Positions 40,614 through 50,602 of a stretch of 64,000 nt of DNA are shown here, in pieces. The DNA is from Bacillota bacterium (GTDB lineage Bacteria > Bacillota > JAAYKD01), in assembly GCA_963666425.2 (NCBI GenBank), contig OY762825.2, forward strand, positions 672,001 to 736,000, read 5' to 3'. The notes under the pieces are model-generated. The model was given only the letters and a program-made list of their open reading frames with translations. It was not told where the DNA came from and ran no database searches. The position numbers and the translations under genes were made by a program. The number at the start of each line of letters is the position of its first letter. Within the stretch, counting starts at the first letter, position 1.

Positions 40614-41858
40614 CTAAACCACCGGTAAGCCACGTTTATAAACACGATTGACATGATTCATGGCAAAGTGATAGGGTAAATATTCAAGGCTCGGGGCATC
40701 CATCACGACCAAATCGGCTTGTTTGCCGGCTTCGAGACTGCCGACCCGATCCGCCATACCGATGGCATGCGCTGCATTTAATGTAGCAGCTAAAATAGCT
40801 TCCGCCGGGGTCAGCTTCAAATACAAACAGGCCAGCGACAAGACAAACTGCATGTTTTCTGTTGGTGAGGAACCGGGATTGGCGTCGGTGGAAAGCGCAA
40901 TGGCCATACCGAGTTCGATCATCCGGCGGGCTCTGGCATATTTGCCTTTGGCGAGATTAAACGAAGTGGCCGGCAGACAGACGCCAATCACCTTGGCGCG
41001 CGCCATCGCTGCCATCGCCTCATCCGTTGTCTCCAACAAGTGATCGGCAGAGATCGCCTGAATTTCCGCCGCCAAAGCGGAACCGCCGCTCACCGCCAGT
41101 TCATCGGCATGCACCTTAGCACGTAAGCCATACTGCATTCCGGCCAACAGGATGCGTTTGGAGTCGGCCGGGCTGAAAACGCCGGTTTCGCAAAACACAT
41201 CGCAGAAGCGGGCAATGCCTTGCTGAGCCACAGCGGGCAGCATTTCATTGATGACCAGATCAACATAGGCGCCTGGGTCCTGCAGATACTCCGTTGGGGT
41301 GGCATGGGCTCCCATGAAAGTCGGAACAATATCCATCGCTTGTTCCTTGCTCAATTCGAGCATCACCTGCAGCTGCAGCAGTTCATGTTCGAGATCCAAG
41401 CCGTAACCGCTTTTGATTTCCACGGTGGTAATGCCGCCCTGCAGCATCCCCTGCAGACGCTTGGCGGTCTGCAGCTTCAGTGCTTGTTTGCCGGCGGCAC
41501 GGGTTTTTGCCACACTGTTCAGGATACCGCCGCCTTGTTTGAGGATTTCCAGATAAGCTACCCCCTGCTGTTTCAAAGCCCATTCGTGCGCGCGGTCACC
41601 GGCATAGACCAAATGCGTATGCGGATCGACAAAGCCCGGCATCACGAGCCGCCCTTCGGCATCCACCACTTTTGTCTTGGCATCGGCCAAAGCCAGAATC
41701 GCCTTTTCCGTGCCGACTTCGTAGATCAAACCATCTTTGACCGCTATGGCCATGCCGGATTGAACACCTGCGTCCTGCAGCGCTTCTGCTGTAATCGGTT
41801 CGCTGCCATGTCCGGCACAGCTGACCAGCGTGCCGATATGATGTAAAATAAAGTCCAT
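40614..41858 (-). CDS. hutI: Imidazolonepropionase
   Basis: PGFVDPHTH, GGGIL, EIKSGYGL, DVFCE, HADEL, TDANPGSSP. Confidence 0.95.
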   Translation of the reverse strand: MDFILHHIGTLVSCAGHGSEPITAEALQDAGVQSGMAIAVKDGLIYEVGTEKAILALADAKTKVVDAEGRLVMPGFVDPHTHLVYAGDRAHEWALKQQGVAYLEILKQGGGILNSVAKTRAAGKQALKLQTAKRLQGMLQGGITTVEIKSGYGLDLEHELLQLQVMLELSKEQAMDIVPTFMGAHATPTEYLQDPGAYVDLVINEMLPAVAQQGIARFCDVFCETGVFSPADSKRILLAGMQYGLRAKVHADELAVSGGSALAAEIQAISADHLLETTDEAMAAMARAKVIGVCLPATSFNLAKGKYARARRMIELGMAIALSTDANPGSSPTENMQFVLSLACLYLKLTPAEAILAATLNAAHAIGMADRVGSLEAGKQADLVVMDAPSLEYLPYHFAMNHVNRVYKRGLPVV

Positions 41859-41877
41859 CTTTGCCCTCCAAAAAACG

Positions 41878-42777
41878 CTAGAAGCGGTAGACTTGTTTTT
41901 CCAATACCTGCTCCGGCTTAAAATTCTCTACCTGCAAATACCAGACCGCCGCCTCCATTAAGGCTTCCATCGGCAGCAAGCCGATGATTTCCGAACCGAC
42001 TACATTGACTCCGTAGCGGGCAGCTTCTCTTTTGACGAATTCAAAGGCATGATAAACCGATGTCTTCTTATAATCGACCAGATTCATCGAAACCTGTACT
42101 TGCTGGCGCTCTTCCAAGAGCACACCCAGCGCTTTGACATGCATAAAACCGCCGGAAGAACCGCGGATTTTTTTGGCAATGGCATTAGCAATTGCTAAAT
42201 CATCAGTTGCCAGATTGACATTGAAAGCGACCAACGGTTTGCGGGCACCGACTGCGACACAGCCGGCTGTGGGATGCATCATCTGCGGACCAAAATCCGG
42301 TTTGCGCTCCGGTTGCTTGATTTCTTCCAATAAACCTTCAAACTGACCGCGGCGGACATCCGCCAGATTTTTCCGTTCCGGTCTGGTTGCTGCATTTTCA
42401 TATAAGTAGACCGGAATCTGCAGTTCCTCAGCGATGCGTTGTCCTAAGAGATTGGCTAACTTCACACAGTCTTTCATCGTCATGCCGCTGACCGGCACAA
42501 AAGGAATCACATCGGTAGCACCCATGCGGGGATGTTCACCGGTATGTCGGCGCAGATCGATCAATTCGGCCGCTTTGCGCGTCGCCTTGAAGGCAGCTTC
42601 GAGAGCCGCTTCCGGCGTGCCGGTAAAGGTCACCACGGTACGATTATGGGAAGCATCCGATTCAGAATCCAACAATTCACAGTCCGGTGTAGAACGGATT
42701 TCATCGAGAATCGCCTCAATCACTTCAGGACGGCGTCCTTCGGAAAAATTCGGGATACATTCAACTATTTTAGCCAT
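41878..42777 (-). CDS. ftcD: Glutamate formiminotransferase
   Basis: ECIPNFSEGRR, HNRTV, GEHPRMGATDVIPF. Confidence 0.93.
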   Translation of the reverse strand: MAKIVECIPNFSEGRRPEVIEAILDEIRSTPDCELLDSESDASHNRTVVTFTGTPEAALEAAFKATRKAAELIDLRRHTGEHPRMGATDVIPFVPVSGMTMKDCVKLANLLGQRIAEELQIPVYLYENAATRPERKNLADVRRGQFEGLLEEIKQPERKPDFGPQMMHPTAGCVAVGARKPLVAFNVNLATDDLAIANAIAKKIRGSSGGFMHVKALGVLLEERQQVQVSMNLVDYKKTSVYHAFEFVKREAARYGVNVVGSEIIGLLPMEALMEAAVWYLQVENFKPEQVLEKQVYRF

Positions 42778-42783
42778 CTTCCA

Positions 42784-44325
42784 TCACTCCTGTTCGCTTG
42801 TTTCTGCATTCGCAGCCGGCTTGCCAAGCTGTTTTGCTTTGATCAGCGCCGTAATGGCCGCCAGATCTTCATACATCACGCGGTCTTTCTCCAAATAAGT
42901 CACCTTGGCGCGGATTGCCTGATAGACCGGCTGCGTACCATGTCCGAGCTGCTTTTTGCCGCGCAAATCCACGCTCTGACAACCTGCCATCAATTCCATG
43001 GAGAGAACATGGGTGGCGTTCTCCAGGATTTCGCGTGCTTTGCGGGCAGCAATCGTTCCCATCGAAACATGATCCTCCTGATTGGCTGAACTGGGGATCG
43101 AATCGACGCTGGCCGGATGCGCCAGCACCTTGTTTTCCGAAACCAGCGAAGCGGCAGAATACTGCACGATCATAAAGCCGGAGTTGACGCCGCCATTTTC
43201 GATCAAGAAAGCCGGCAGTCCGTTGGATAAAGCAGGATTCACCATGCGTTCCAAGCGGCGTTCGGAAATGTTTGCTAATTCAGACACAGCGATTCCTAAG
43301 AAATCCATAGCCAGCGCAATCGGTTCGCCATGGAAATTTCCACCGGAAATCGCCTCTTCCGTGTCGCAGAAAATCAAAGGATTATCGGTTACACTGTTGA
43401 TTTCCGTCTCAATGGCTTTTTTGACATAAGCGATGGCATCGCGGATGGCGCCGTGCACCTGCGGGATACAGCGCAGGGCATAAGCATCCTGCACTCTTGG
43501 GTGGTCATTGGCAGCGGTATATTGCGAACCCTGCAAATGGCGCAGCAAGATTGCTGCAGTTTCCATTTGCCCGGGATGCGGTCGCACCGCCTGGATGCGC
43601 GGGTCGAAGGCGCTGGGAATACCATTTAAGCTCTCCATGGTTAAGGCCGCAGCCAGATCGGCAACCCGCAGCAACTCCTCGGCATCGGCAATGGTTAAGG
43701 CAGAAATAGCTGTCATACACTGGGTGCCATTATTCAATGCGAGCCCTTCTTTGGCTTCTAGAACAATCGGCTGCAGACCGGCAGCGGCCAAGGCGGCGGC
43801 ACCGCTCATGCGCTGACCCTGGTAAATCGCCTCTCCCATGCCCAACAGAGGCAAGATCATGTGCGACAGCGGTGCTAAATCACCGCTGGAACCGAGAGAA
43901 CCTTTTTCCGGTATGATGGGATGAAGACCGGCATTGAGCGCGTCCAGCAAAGCCTGCACCGTGCTTAAGCGAATTCCGGAGTAACCCTGACTGAGGGAAT
44001 TGGCCCGTAATAGCATCATAGCCCGCACGACATCTTCCGGCAGAGGATCGCCAACCCCAACCGCGTGGCTCATGATCAGGTTTTTTTGTAAATCCTGTAT
44101 ATCTTGCGGACCGATGGGTACCGTAGCGAATTTACCGAATCCGGTGGTGATCCCATAAACAACACGCTGCTCGGCGATCATTTGATCGACCATTCGACGT
44201 GAAGTATTGATTAATTCTACCATTTCATCCGCCAGAACAACTTTCGCATGCTCACGGGCTACCCGAACGACATCATCAATGGTTAATCCTGATTTCCTTA
44301 AGTAGACAATATGCGCAGGCTCCAT
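42784..44325 (-). CDS. hutH: Histidine ammonia-lyase
   Basis: YGITTGFG, GSLGSSGDLAPL (MIO-forming), QDAYALRC, GGNFHG, NQEDHVSMG. Confidence 0.95.
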   Translation of the reverse strand: MEPAHIVYLRKSGLTIDDVVRVAREHAKVVLADEMVELINTSRRMVDQMIAEQRVVYGITTGFGKFATVPIGPQDIQDLQKNLIMSHAVGVGDPLPEDVVRAMMLLRANSLSQGYSGIRLSTVQALLDALNAGLHPIIPEKGSLGSSGDLAPLSHMILPLLGMGEAIYQGQRMSGAAALAAAGLQPIVLEAKEGLALNNGTQCMTAISALTIADAEELLRVADLAAALTMESLNGIPSAFDPRIQAVRPHPGQMETAAILLRHLQGSQYTAANDHPRVQDAYALRCIPQVHGAIRDAIAYVKKAIETEINSVTDNPLIFCDTEEAISGGNFHGEPIALAMDFLGIAVSELANISERRLERMVNPALSNGLPAFLIENGGVNSGFMIVQYSAASLVSENKVLAHPASVDSIPSSANQEDHVSMGTIAARKAREILENATHVLSMELMAGCQSVDLRGKKQLGHGTQPVYQAIRAKVTYLEKDRVMYEDLAAITALIKAKQLGKPAANAETSEQE

Positions 44326-44389
44326 ATGAAATCCTCTCCTTTACTCTTCCAGGTTTCTTTATTACCAATTCCATGTAGTCTAGTTTTTC

Positions 44390-44596
44390 CTATTGTTCCT
44401 TTTTAGGCAGTTTTTCCTGGCTGCCGTCCGGTTTGAGCACAACAATATTCTCCAACTGCGCCTCGAGATTGCTGCGGTAGGCTGCAATATATTGCTTGCG
44501 CAGCAGATCACGTTCCGCCAATTCCGCTTCTGTCAAACCTTCCGCCTTTGCTTTTTTGGCAAGTTGATTCAAACGTTCAATTTTAGTTTGTTCCAT
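44390..44596 (-). CDS. DUF896 (UPF0291/YnzC-like) protein
   Basis: IERLNQLAKKAK-EGLTEAE-ERDLLRKQYI. Confidence 0.88.
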   Translation of the reverse strand: MEQTKIERLNQLAKKAKAEGLTEAELAERDLLRKQYIAAYRSNLEAQLENIVVLKPDGSQEKLPKKEQ

Positions 44597-44612
44597 TGTG
44601 ATCGCCTCCTGT

Positions 44613-47600
44613 TTAAAATAGTGTTAATTGATCTGTTTCACTTAACTGACCCAGGCAGCCGTGCAGCCGCAGCGTTTCGATTACGGTTTTGTTGGCGCGG
44701 CTACGCACGGCGATATCTTCAATCGAGGTAAATTCACCTTCCGCTCGTGCCGCTACGATGGCGGCAGCTGCATTAGCGCCGATTCCCTGCAAGGCAGAGA
44801 GCGGCGGCAGCAGGGTGGCGTCGTCCACGATCAGCCATTCGGTGGCATCGGAACGATAAAGATCTACTTTTTCAAATTTGATTCCCCGGCACATCGCTTC
44901 CAGCGTCAGTTCCAGATGCGTCTGCATACCTTTCTCATTGGCCGTCGCTTCATTGCCTTTGCGCTTGATGTTGACAATTTCACTGCGCACGGCATTGATC
45001 CCCTTGCTAACCAGATCGGCATCATAAGTACCGGCGGCACGCACCGTAAAATAAGCGGCATAAAAAGCGGCCGGACGGTGCATTTTAAACCAGGCGATAC
45101 GAAAACCAGACAAGACATAGGCTGCCGCGTGCGCTTTGGGAAAGAGATATTGAATTTTGCGGCAGGAGGTAATATACCATTCCGGGACGTGATACTCCCG
45201 CATGATTTCTTCCTCTTCCGGTTTTAAACCCCTGCCCTTGCGCACAGCTTCCATGATCTGAAAGGCTGTCTTGTTCGCCAGCCCTTTGCCGGTTAAATAA
45301 AGCAGAATGGAATCCCGCGTGGAAATCGCTTCAGAGAGTGGCACATTCTGGTTGACAATCAATTCTCTGGCATTGCCTGCCCAGACGTCGGTGCCGTGGG
45401 AGAAGCCGGATAGCCGGATCAGATCTGAAATGTACTTCGGCTTGGCATCCATCAACATGCCGCGGGTGAAGGTTGTACCAAATTCGGGTACACCAAAGGT
45501 ACCTGTTTCGGAATCAATATCCTCCGGTTTTAAACCGAGTGTCTCCGTGCCGGTAAATAAGCCCATGGTTTCCGGATCATCCAAAGCGATCTTGCGGACA
45601 TCCAAACCGGTCAGGACCTGCAGATGGCGTAGAATCGTCGGATCATCATGCCCGAGCAGGTCGAGTTTCAGCAGATTGTCATGGATGGCTGTGTAAGTGA
45701 AATGCGTGGTGATCGTATCGACGCCGTCTTTGCCCGGCGGATGCTGCACTGCGGTAAAGTCATGAATATCCATATCATTCGGCACAATCATCAAACCGCC
45801 GGGATGCTGACCCGTTGTGCGCTTGACACCGGTACAACCCAGCGCCAAGCGATTGATTTCCGCTTTGCGCAGCGTATTGCCGGTTTTCTCCATATACTTC
45901 ATGACAAAACCGTAAGCGGTTTTCTCAGCCACAGTGGAAATCGTGCCGGCGCGGAAAACAAATTCTTTGCCGAACAATTCTTCGGTGTATTTATGCGCCT
46001 GCGCCTGATATTCACCGGAAAAATTCAAGTCGATATCCGGAATCTTATCACCGGCAAAGCCCATGAAAACTTCAAAACGGATATTGAAGCCATCCTTCAG
46101 CAAGGTTTCGCCGCATTTCGGACATGGCATATCCGGCATATCCGCACCGCAGTCATATTCTTTTTCGTGTGAGAAATCGGAATAACTGCATTTAGGACAG
46201 CGATAATGCGCCGAGAGCGGATTGACTTCTGTGATTCCGGTCAGGGTCGCCACCAAAGAAGAGCCGACCGAACCGCGCGAACCCACCAAATAACCATCTT
46301 CCATCGATTTCTTGACCAAGCGATGAGCGATGTAGTAGTTAACAGCATAACCGTAACCGATGATGCAGTCGAGTTCCCATTTGATACGATCCGCTACATT
46401 TTGCGGCAAGGGATCGCCATACATGGCATGCGCCGTCTCATAGGTAATGCGCTGCAGTTCCTCAGCCGCGCCCGGAATATTCGGTGGATAGAGCTTATGC
46501 AGCATGGGATCGAAGGCTTCGATCGCATCGGCAATCTTTTGCGTATTGCCGATCACCACTTCCAGTGCTTCCTCAGCAGGCCAATCCGGGAATTCAGCCA
46601 ACATTTCTTCTGTGGTGCGCAAATATAAGAGCGGTTTGGATTCATCCGCTTCGTAATCCTGACCAGCCTGCAAAATGTCGCGGAAGATGACATCCTCCGG
46701 TTCCAAAAAATGCACGTCTGAAGTAGCGACCACGGGTTTGCCTAATTCCTTACCGATTTCCCAAAGGGTTCGATTGATCTGCCGCAGTCCGTTTTCGTCT
46801 GCAACCTGACCATTCTGGATAGCGAAGGCATTATGACCGATTGGCATGATTTCCAGATAATCATAAAACTGCGCCAACTCTTTGGCAGTGGCTCTGGCAC
46901 GGTTGAAATCCCCTTCAAAACCATCTATCATCGCCCCATAGACTTCCCCGTAGGCACAGGCCGAACCGATCAGGAAATGCTGCCGCACTGCCTGCAGGTC
47001 CTGCCGCAGGACGCGGGGGCGCTTATAAAAGTTCTCCAGGTGCGCCTTGCTGGTCAGCTTATACATCTCTTTTAAGCCGGCTCTGTCCTTGATCAAAACC
47101 ACACAGTGATGGTATTTGCGATCTTCCAGGTGATCAATCAGGTAAATTTCACAGCCATAGATGATTTTTATGCCGTATTTTTTTGCTGCCGCCGCCGCAT
47201 CGGGATATGCTTGCAGCACACCGTGATCGGTAATGGCAATGGCTGGCTGACCAAATTCAGCTGCCCGCTTGATCAGGGCAGTCACATCACACAAGGCATC
47301 CATGCTGCTCATATTGGTATGCGCATGCAGTTCCACTCGTTTTGCTGTGGCTGTGTCGTGGCGTTTGTTGGGCGGTGCTTCGGTATCGTTGATGGCATCG
47401 GCGCTCATCGTGACTTCATTATCCTCAAAACGGTCGGCGGCTGCTTTACCGCTGACTCTAACCCAAGTCCCCACTTTTAAATCATCCATACGCTGCGGCT
47501 GCGGTTTATTGCGATTGCTCTGATAACCATTATTATTATTATTGTAATTACTGTTGGCGCTGTTCCGAATAAACGCTTTGACGGTGAGAGAATCGCTGCC

Positions 47601-48362
47601 ATCATAAAGGTCGAATTTATAAACCGTTTGACCATTGCGCAGCGCCTGTTTTTCCAAAGCAAACACCTGGCCCTGAATAGTCTGCACATAGGGGCTTTCT
47701 TCTATTTTTTTCAGAGGAACGGCGACCTCCATGATCGTCTTGCCCAGATAGTTTGCCGCCGTCGAAACGGGATGCAGGACAGCTTGACTCGCCTCTTTGC
47801 GTACTTTATCTACTTCCGCCCGGATTTCTTCATCCCGTTTACGACGGAATTCAGCGGAGGCATCACTGGCTGTCCGGTCAATTTTGGTAGCAGGCTGCCA
47901 GGGAACCTCCTCTTCGGGTGCATTGTCTTCAAAGAAAGGTTCTTCCTCCAACGCCATTGGTTCAGCTGCTGTTTCTGTATCGCTCTCGTCGATCGCAGGT
48001 AACACCGGTATGAGCAGAGCTTCCTCCGACAATGCAACCTCATCGGTCTTTCTGATCACCTGCGCTTGCTCTTCTTCTCTTGACCAGGGTGGTTCTTCGC
48101 TTTCATTTGCTAAAGGCTCCAAGCTGTCCGCATTCTGTTCTGCTTCCAGCCAGGTAATGACAATCTGCCAGCGTTGGCCGATCACCTGTTTCAGGCTGTT
48201 TTCACAGCGCTGACGCGACGGCAGATCGTTCAGCCCCTGTAAAACCAAATGCCAGCGATGCGTCTCCAGATCGACCGTCAGATGTTCTACTTCGCAAATT
48301 TGCGGTAAGGCTTCTTTCAATTGCTGACAAAACTGCAATAATTCATTGGTCTGTTCTCCCAC
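44613..48362 (-). CDS. polC: DNA polymerase III PolC-type alpha subunit lacking the DEDDh exonuclease insert
   Basis: OB fold, PHP ELHAHT, GSRGSVGSS, Zn finger, PDIDLNFS, KRTTGQHPGG, FPKAHAAAY; GTG start after AGGAGG. Confidence 0.95.
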   Translation of the reverse strand: MGEQTNELLQFCQQLKEALPQICEVEHLTVDLETHRWHLVLQGLNDLPSRQRCENSLKQVIGQRWQIVITWLEAEQNADSLEPLANESEEPPWSREEEQAQVIRKTDEVALSEEALLIPVLPAIDESDTETAAEPMALEEEPFFEDNAPEEEVPWQPATKIDRTASDASAEFRRKRDEEIRAEVDKVRKEASQAVLHPVSTAANYLGKTIMEVAVPLKKIEESPYVQTIQGQVFALEKQALRNGQTVYKFDLYDGSDSLTVKAFIRNSANSNYNNNNNGYQSNRNKPQPQRMDDLKVGTWVRVSGKAAADRFEDNEVTMSADAINDTEAPPNKRHDTATAKRVELHAHTNMSSMDALCDVTALIKRAAEFGQPAIAITDHGVLQAYPDAAAAAKKYGIKIIYGCEIYLIDHLEDRKYHHCVVLIKDRAGLKEMYKLTSKAHLENFYKRPRVLRQDLQAVRQHFLIGSACAYGEVYGAMIDGFEGDFNRARATAKELAQFYDYLEIMPIGHNAFAIQNGQVADENGLRQINRTLWEIGKELGKPVVATSDVHFLEPEDVIFRDILQAGQDYEADESKPLLYLRTTEEMLAEFPDWPAEEALEVVIGNTQKIADAIEAFDPMLHKLYPPNIPGAAEELQRITYETAHAMYGDPLPQNVADRIKWELDCIIGYGYAVNYYIAHRLVKKSMEDGYLVGSRGSVGSSLVATLTGITEVNPLSAHYRCPKCSYSDFSHEKEYDCGADMPDMPCPKCGETLLKDGFNIRFEVFMGFAGDKIPDIDLNFSGEYQAQAHKYTEELFGKEFVFRAGTISTVAEKTAYGFVMKYMEKTGNTLRKAEINRLALGCTGVKRTTGQHPGGLMIVPNDMDIHDFTAVQHPPGKDGVDTITTHFTYTAIHDNLLKLDLLGHDDPTILRHLQVLTGLDVRKIALDDPETMGLFTGTETLGLKPEDIDSETGTFGVPEFGTTFTRGMLMDAKPKYISDLIRLSGFSHGTDVWAGNARELIVNQNVPLSEAISTRDSILLYLTGKGLANKTAFQIMEAVRKGRGLKPEEEEIMREYHVPEWYITSCRKIQYLFPKAHAAAYVLSGFRIAWFKMHRPAAFYAAYFTVRAAGTYDADLVSKGINAVRSEIVNIKRKGNEATANEKGMQTHLELTLEAMCRGIKFEKVDLYRSDATEWLIVDDATLLPPLSALQGIGANAAAAIVAARAEGEFTSIEDIAVRSRANKTVIETLRLHGCLGQLSETDQLTLF

Positions 48363-48472
48363 GGCTCCACCTCCTTTTCGCTGCATTCTGCTCCGCTCAA
48401 TAAAATCGCCGCTGCAAACCTTTGAGACAGTCCTTGCTATGCACAGTTCAGCAGCGATTGCTCAAGTTTGAT

Positions 48473-49108
48473 TTATTTAGCATTCTTGGTTAAAATCTTA
48501 ATGTTAGCATCCTGGCAGGCCAATTCGACCCGTTCCATATCGCCATCAAATTTCACGATCACCCGCAGCTGCTGATCATCCTGCTCCAGCATTTGAATTG
48601 GCATCAAGCCTTCAATATTGGCACCGGCACGCACCAATTGGCGCAGCAAACGTGCCAATTCCCCTTTTTCATTGTTCAGACAAACCGTGATTCGGTTCCC
48701 TTTATAGTCCATGCCAATTGAGGTCATAAAAATTTTCATCAGGCGATTGATCGGTAGGATGCCCATAAACTGGTCCTTGGTATCATCCTGCAGCACGGGC
48801 AGAAACATCACGCGCTGCTGCGTCAGCAATTTGGCGGCCACTTCAATCACATCGGTGCCGTTAACATAAGCCACATCCGTATGCATGACATCGCTGACCA
48901 GGGCCTTTTCCAAGTCCACATCGCGCTTGACATAAATATGCTGGTAAATATCAAACATATCAACCACACCAACAAAGCGTCCGTAATTGGAAACCGGCAA
49001 GGCGCGGAAGCCGTACAAATCCATCCGTTTAAGCGTGTTCGCTAAACTGTAATCCTCCGTGACCGTGATAACTTCCTTACGATCGATCATAAAATCTCTG
49101 CAATACAT
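48473..49108 (-). CDS. CBS-pair plus ACT-domain protein (AcuB-like)
   Basis: Two CBS repeats followed by NEKGELARL-GANI ACT motif. Confidence 0.8.
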   Translation of the reverse strand: MYCRDFMIDRKEVITVTEDYSLANTLKRMDLYGFRALPVSNYGRFVGVVDMFDIYQHIYVKRDVDLEKALVSDVMHTDVAYVNGTDVIEVAAKLLTQQRVMFLPVLQDDTKDQFMGILPINRLMKIFMTSIGMDYKGNRITVCLNNEKGELARLLRQLVRAGANIEGLMPIQMLEQDDQQLRVIVKFDGDMERVELACQDANIKILTKNAK

Positions 49109-49198
49109 TTTTGTTTCCTCCTCTTTTTATTTTAGTGACATGGAATCCTCAGTTGCAGCAGCGCCGCAGACTAGACACATTGTAGATAATCTCTCTGT

Positions 49199-50581
49199 CT
49201 AGACTTCCATCGTCTGCCATTTGCCCTGCGCATAGCGCAGAACGACCAGAACAAAACGCACAAACAAATCAATGGTCATCGCCCACCAGACACCCATGAT
49301 CCCAAAACCCAGATATTTACCTAAGACATAGGAAAGCGGAATGCGCAGCAGCCACATGCCAATGGCCTGAATATACATCACCCACTTGGTGTCGCCGGCC
49401 CCTTTGAGCGCGCCGTTGATCACACCGGCCATATCGAGAGGAATCTGGCAAAATCCCATCAGCAACAAATATTTGGCGCCTAAAGCGATCACTGCCGGGT
49501 CGTCTGTCAGCAGGGAAAGCAGGAAGCGGCCGCCAAAAATCAGCATCAGCGAGGCAAACGAGCAAAACACTAATGCCCAAAGAAAAATTTCCTGAATATA
49601 GCGCTTGGTGAGATTCAGGTTTTTCGCCCCCAGGCTTTGACCGACAAAAGCGGTCGCGGCGATGGTTAAGCCAATGGACGGCATGTAGGAGATCCCTTCC
49701 GCCTGCATCCCCAGGTTATGCGCCGCCAACGGCACCGTGCCGAAGGTGACAATCAAACCCGTCATCACGATGGAAGCCATCTGCCAGAATAGATCACCGG
49801 CAGAACTGGGGATGCCGATGCGCATGATGCGTTTGATTTCTTTGAAATTCAGCGGTCCAATATCCTCTCTCTTCAGCTGCAGCTTGGAAATGGGCAGAAA
49901 AATCACGGTGAGTGCCAGAATGGCGCCGACACCCTGTCCAAAGAGAGAAGCAATGGCCGCACCGCGGATACCGAGCGCCGGAAAACCAAGGTTACCGTAG
50001 ATCAGCAGCCAGCAGCCGGCTACATTGACCAAATTGACCGCCAGAGAAACCAACATGGGGATTTTTGTATCCCCCATGCCACGCATAATGCCGCCGCTGA
50101 TCTGAATCACAGCGATCAGAGGCAGCGTGAATAAAGCAATACTCAAATACTGCAAACAGGCAGTCAGCAGCTCTCCGTCGACATTCATACTGCGTAAAAA
50201 AGGTTCGGCAAAGGCAAAACTAACCGCAGTCATCCCGGCTATGAGAATCAGAGCGCTGATCAAGCCCTGATAAGCAATTTTTCTGGCTTCTTCGATCTGT
50301 TTGGCACCCACGCAGCGGGCGACCAAAACAGTTACACCGGTGGCGATGCCGGCAAATAGCGCCCAGCTGATTTGGGTCAGACGCGAGGAAAGTCCGACTG
50401 CACCAATGGCAGTAGCTCCAAGCCTACCCACCATGGCCGTCGCTACCATGCCGACCGTCATTTGCAGCACGGAATCGATGGTCACCGGCCAGATCATGCG
50501 GAAAATATTCCGACGCAGTTGTTTCTGCGTTGGCTCTCCCGGCTGCGGCCGCGCCAGGTTAAAGACGGGCACGGGCTTCAC
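49199..50581 (-). CDS. MATE-family efflux transporter
   Basis: RGMGDTKIPM, LGIRGAAIAS, GAGDT; about 12 TM helices. Confidence 0.92.
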   Translation of the reverse strand: MKPVPVFNLARPQPGEPTQKQLRRNIFRMIWPVTIDSVLQMTVGMVATAMVGRLGATAIGAVGLSSRLTQISWALFAGIATGVTVLVARCVGAKQIEEARKIAYQGLISALILIAGMTAVSFAFAEPFLRSMNVDGELLTACLQYLSIALFTLPLIAVIQISGGIMRGMGDTKIPMLVSLAVNLVNVAGCWLLIYGNLGFPALGIRGAAIASLFGQGVGAILALTVIFLPISKLQLKREDIGPLNFKEIKRIMRIGIPSSAGDLFWQMASIVMTGLIVTFGTVPLAAHNLGMQAEGISYMPSIGLTIAATAFVGQSLGAKNLNLTKRYIQEIFLWALVFCSFASLMLIFGGRFLLSLLTDDPAVIALGAKYLLLMGFCQIPLDMAGVINGALKGAGDTKWVMYIQAIGMWLLRIPLSYVLGKYLGFGIMGVWWAMTIDLFVRFVLVVLRYAQGKWQTMEV

Positions 50582-50602
50582 CTCTCATACTTGTCATAAA
50601 AT

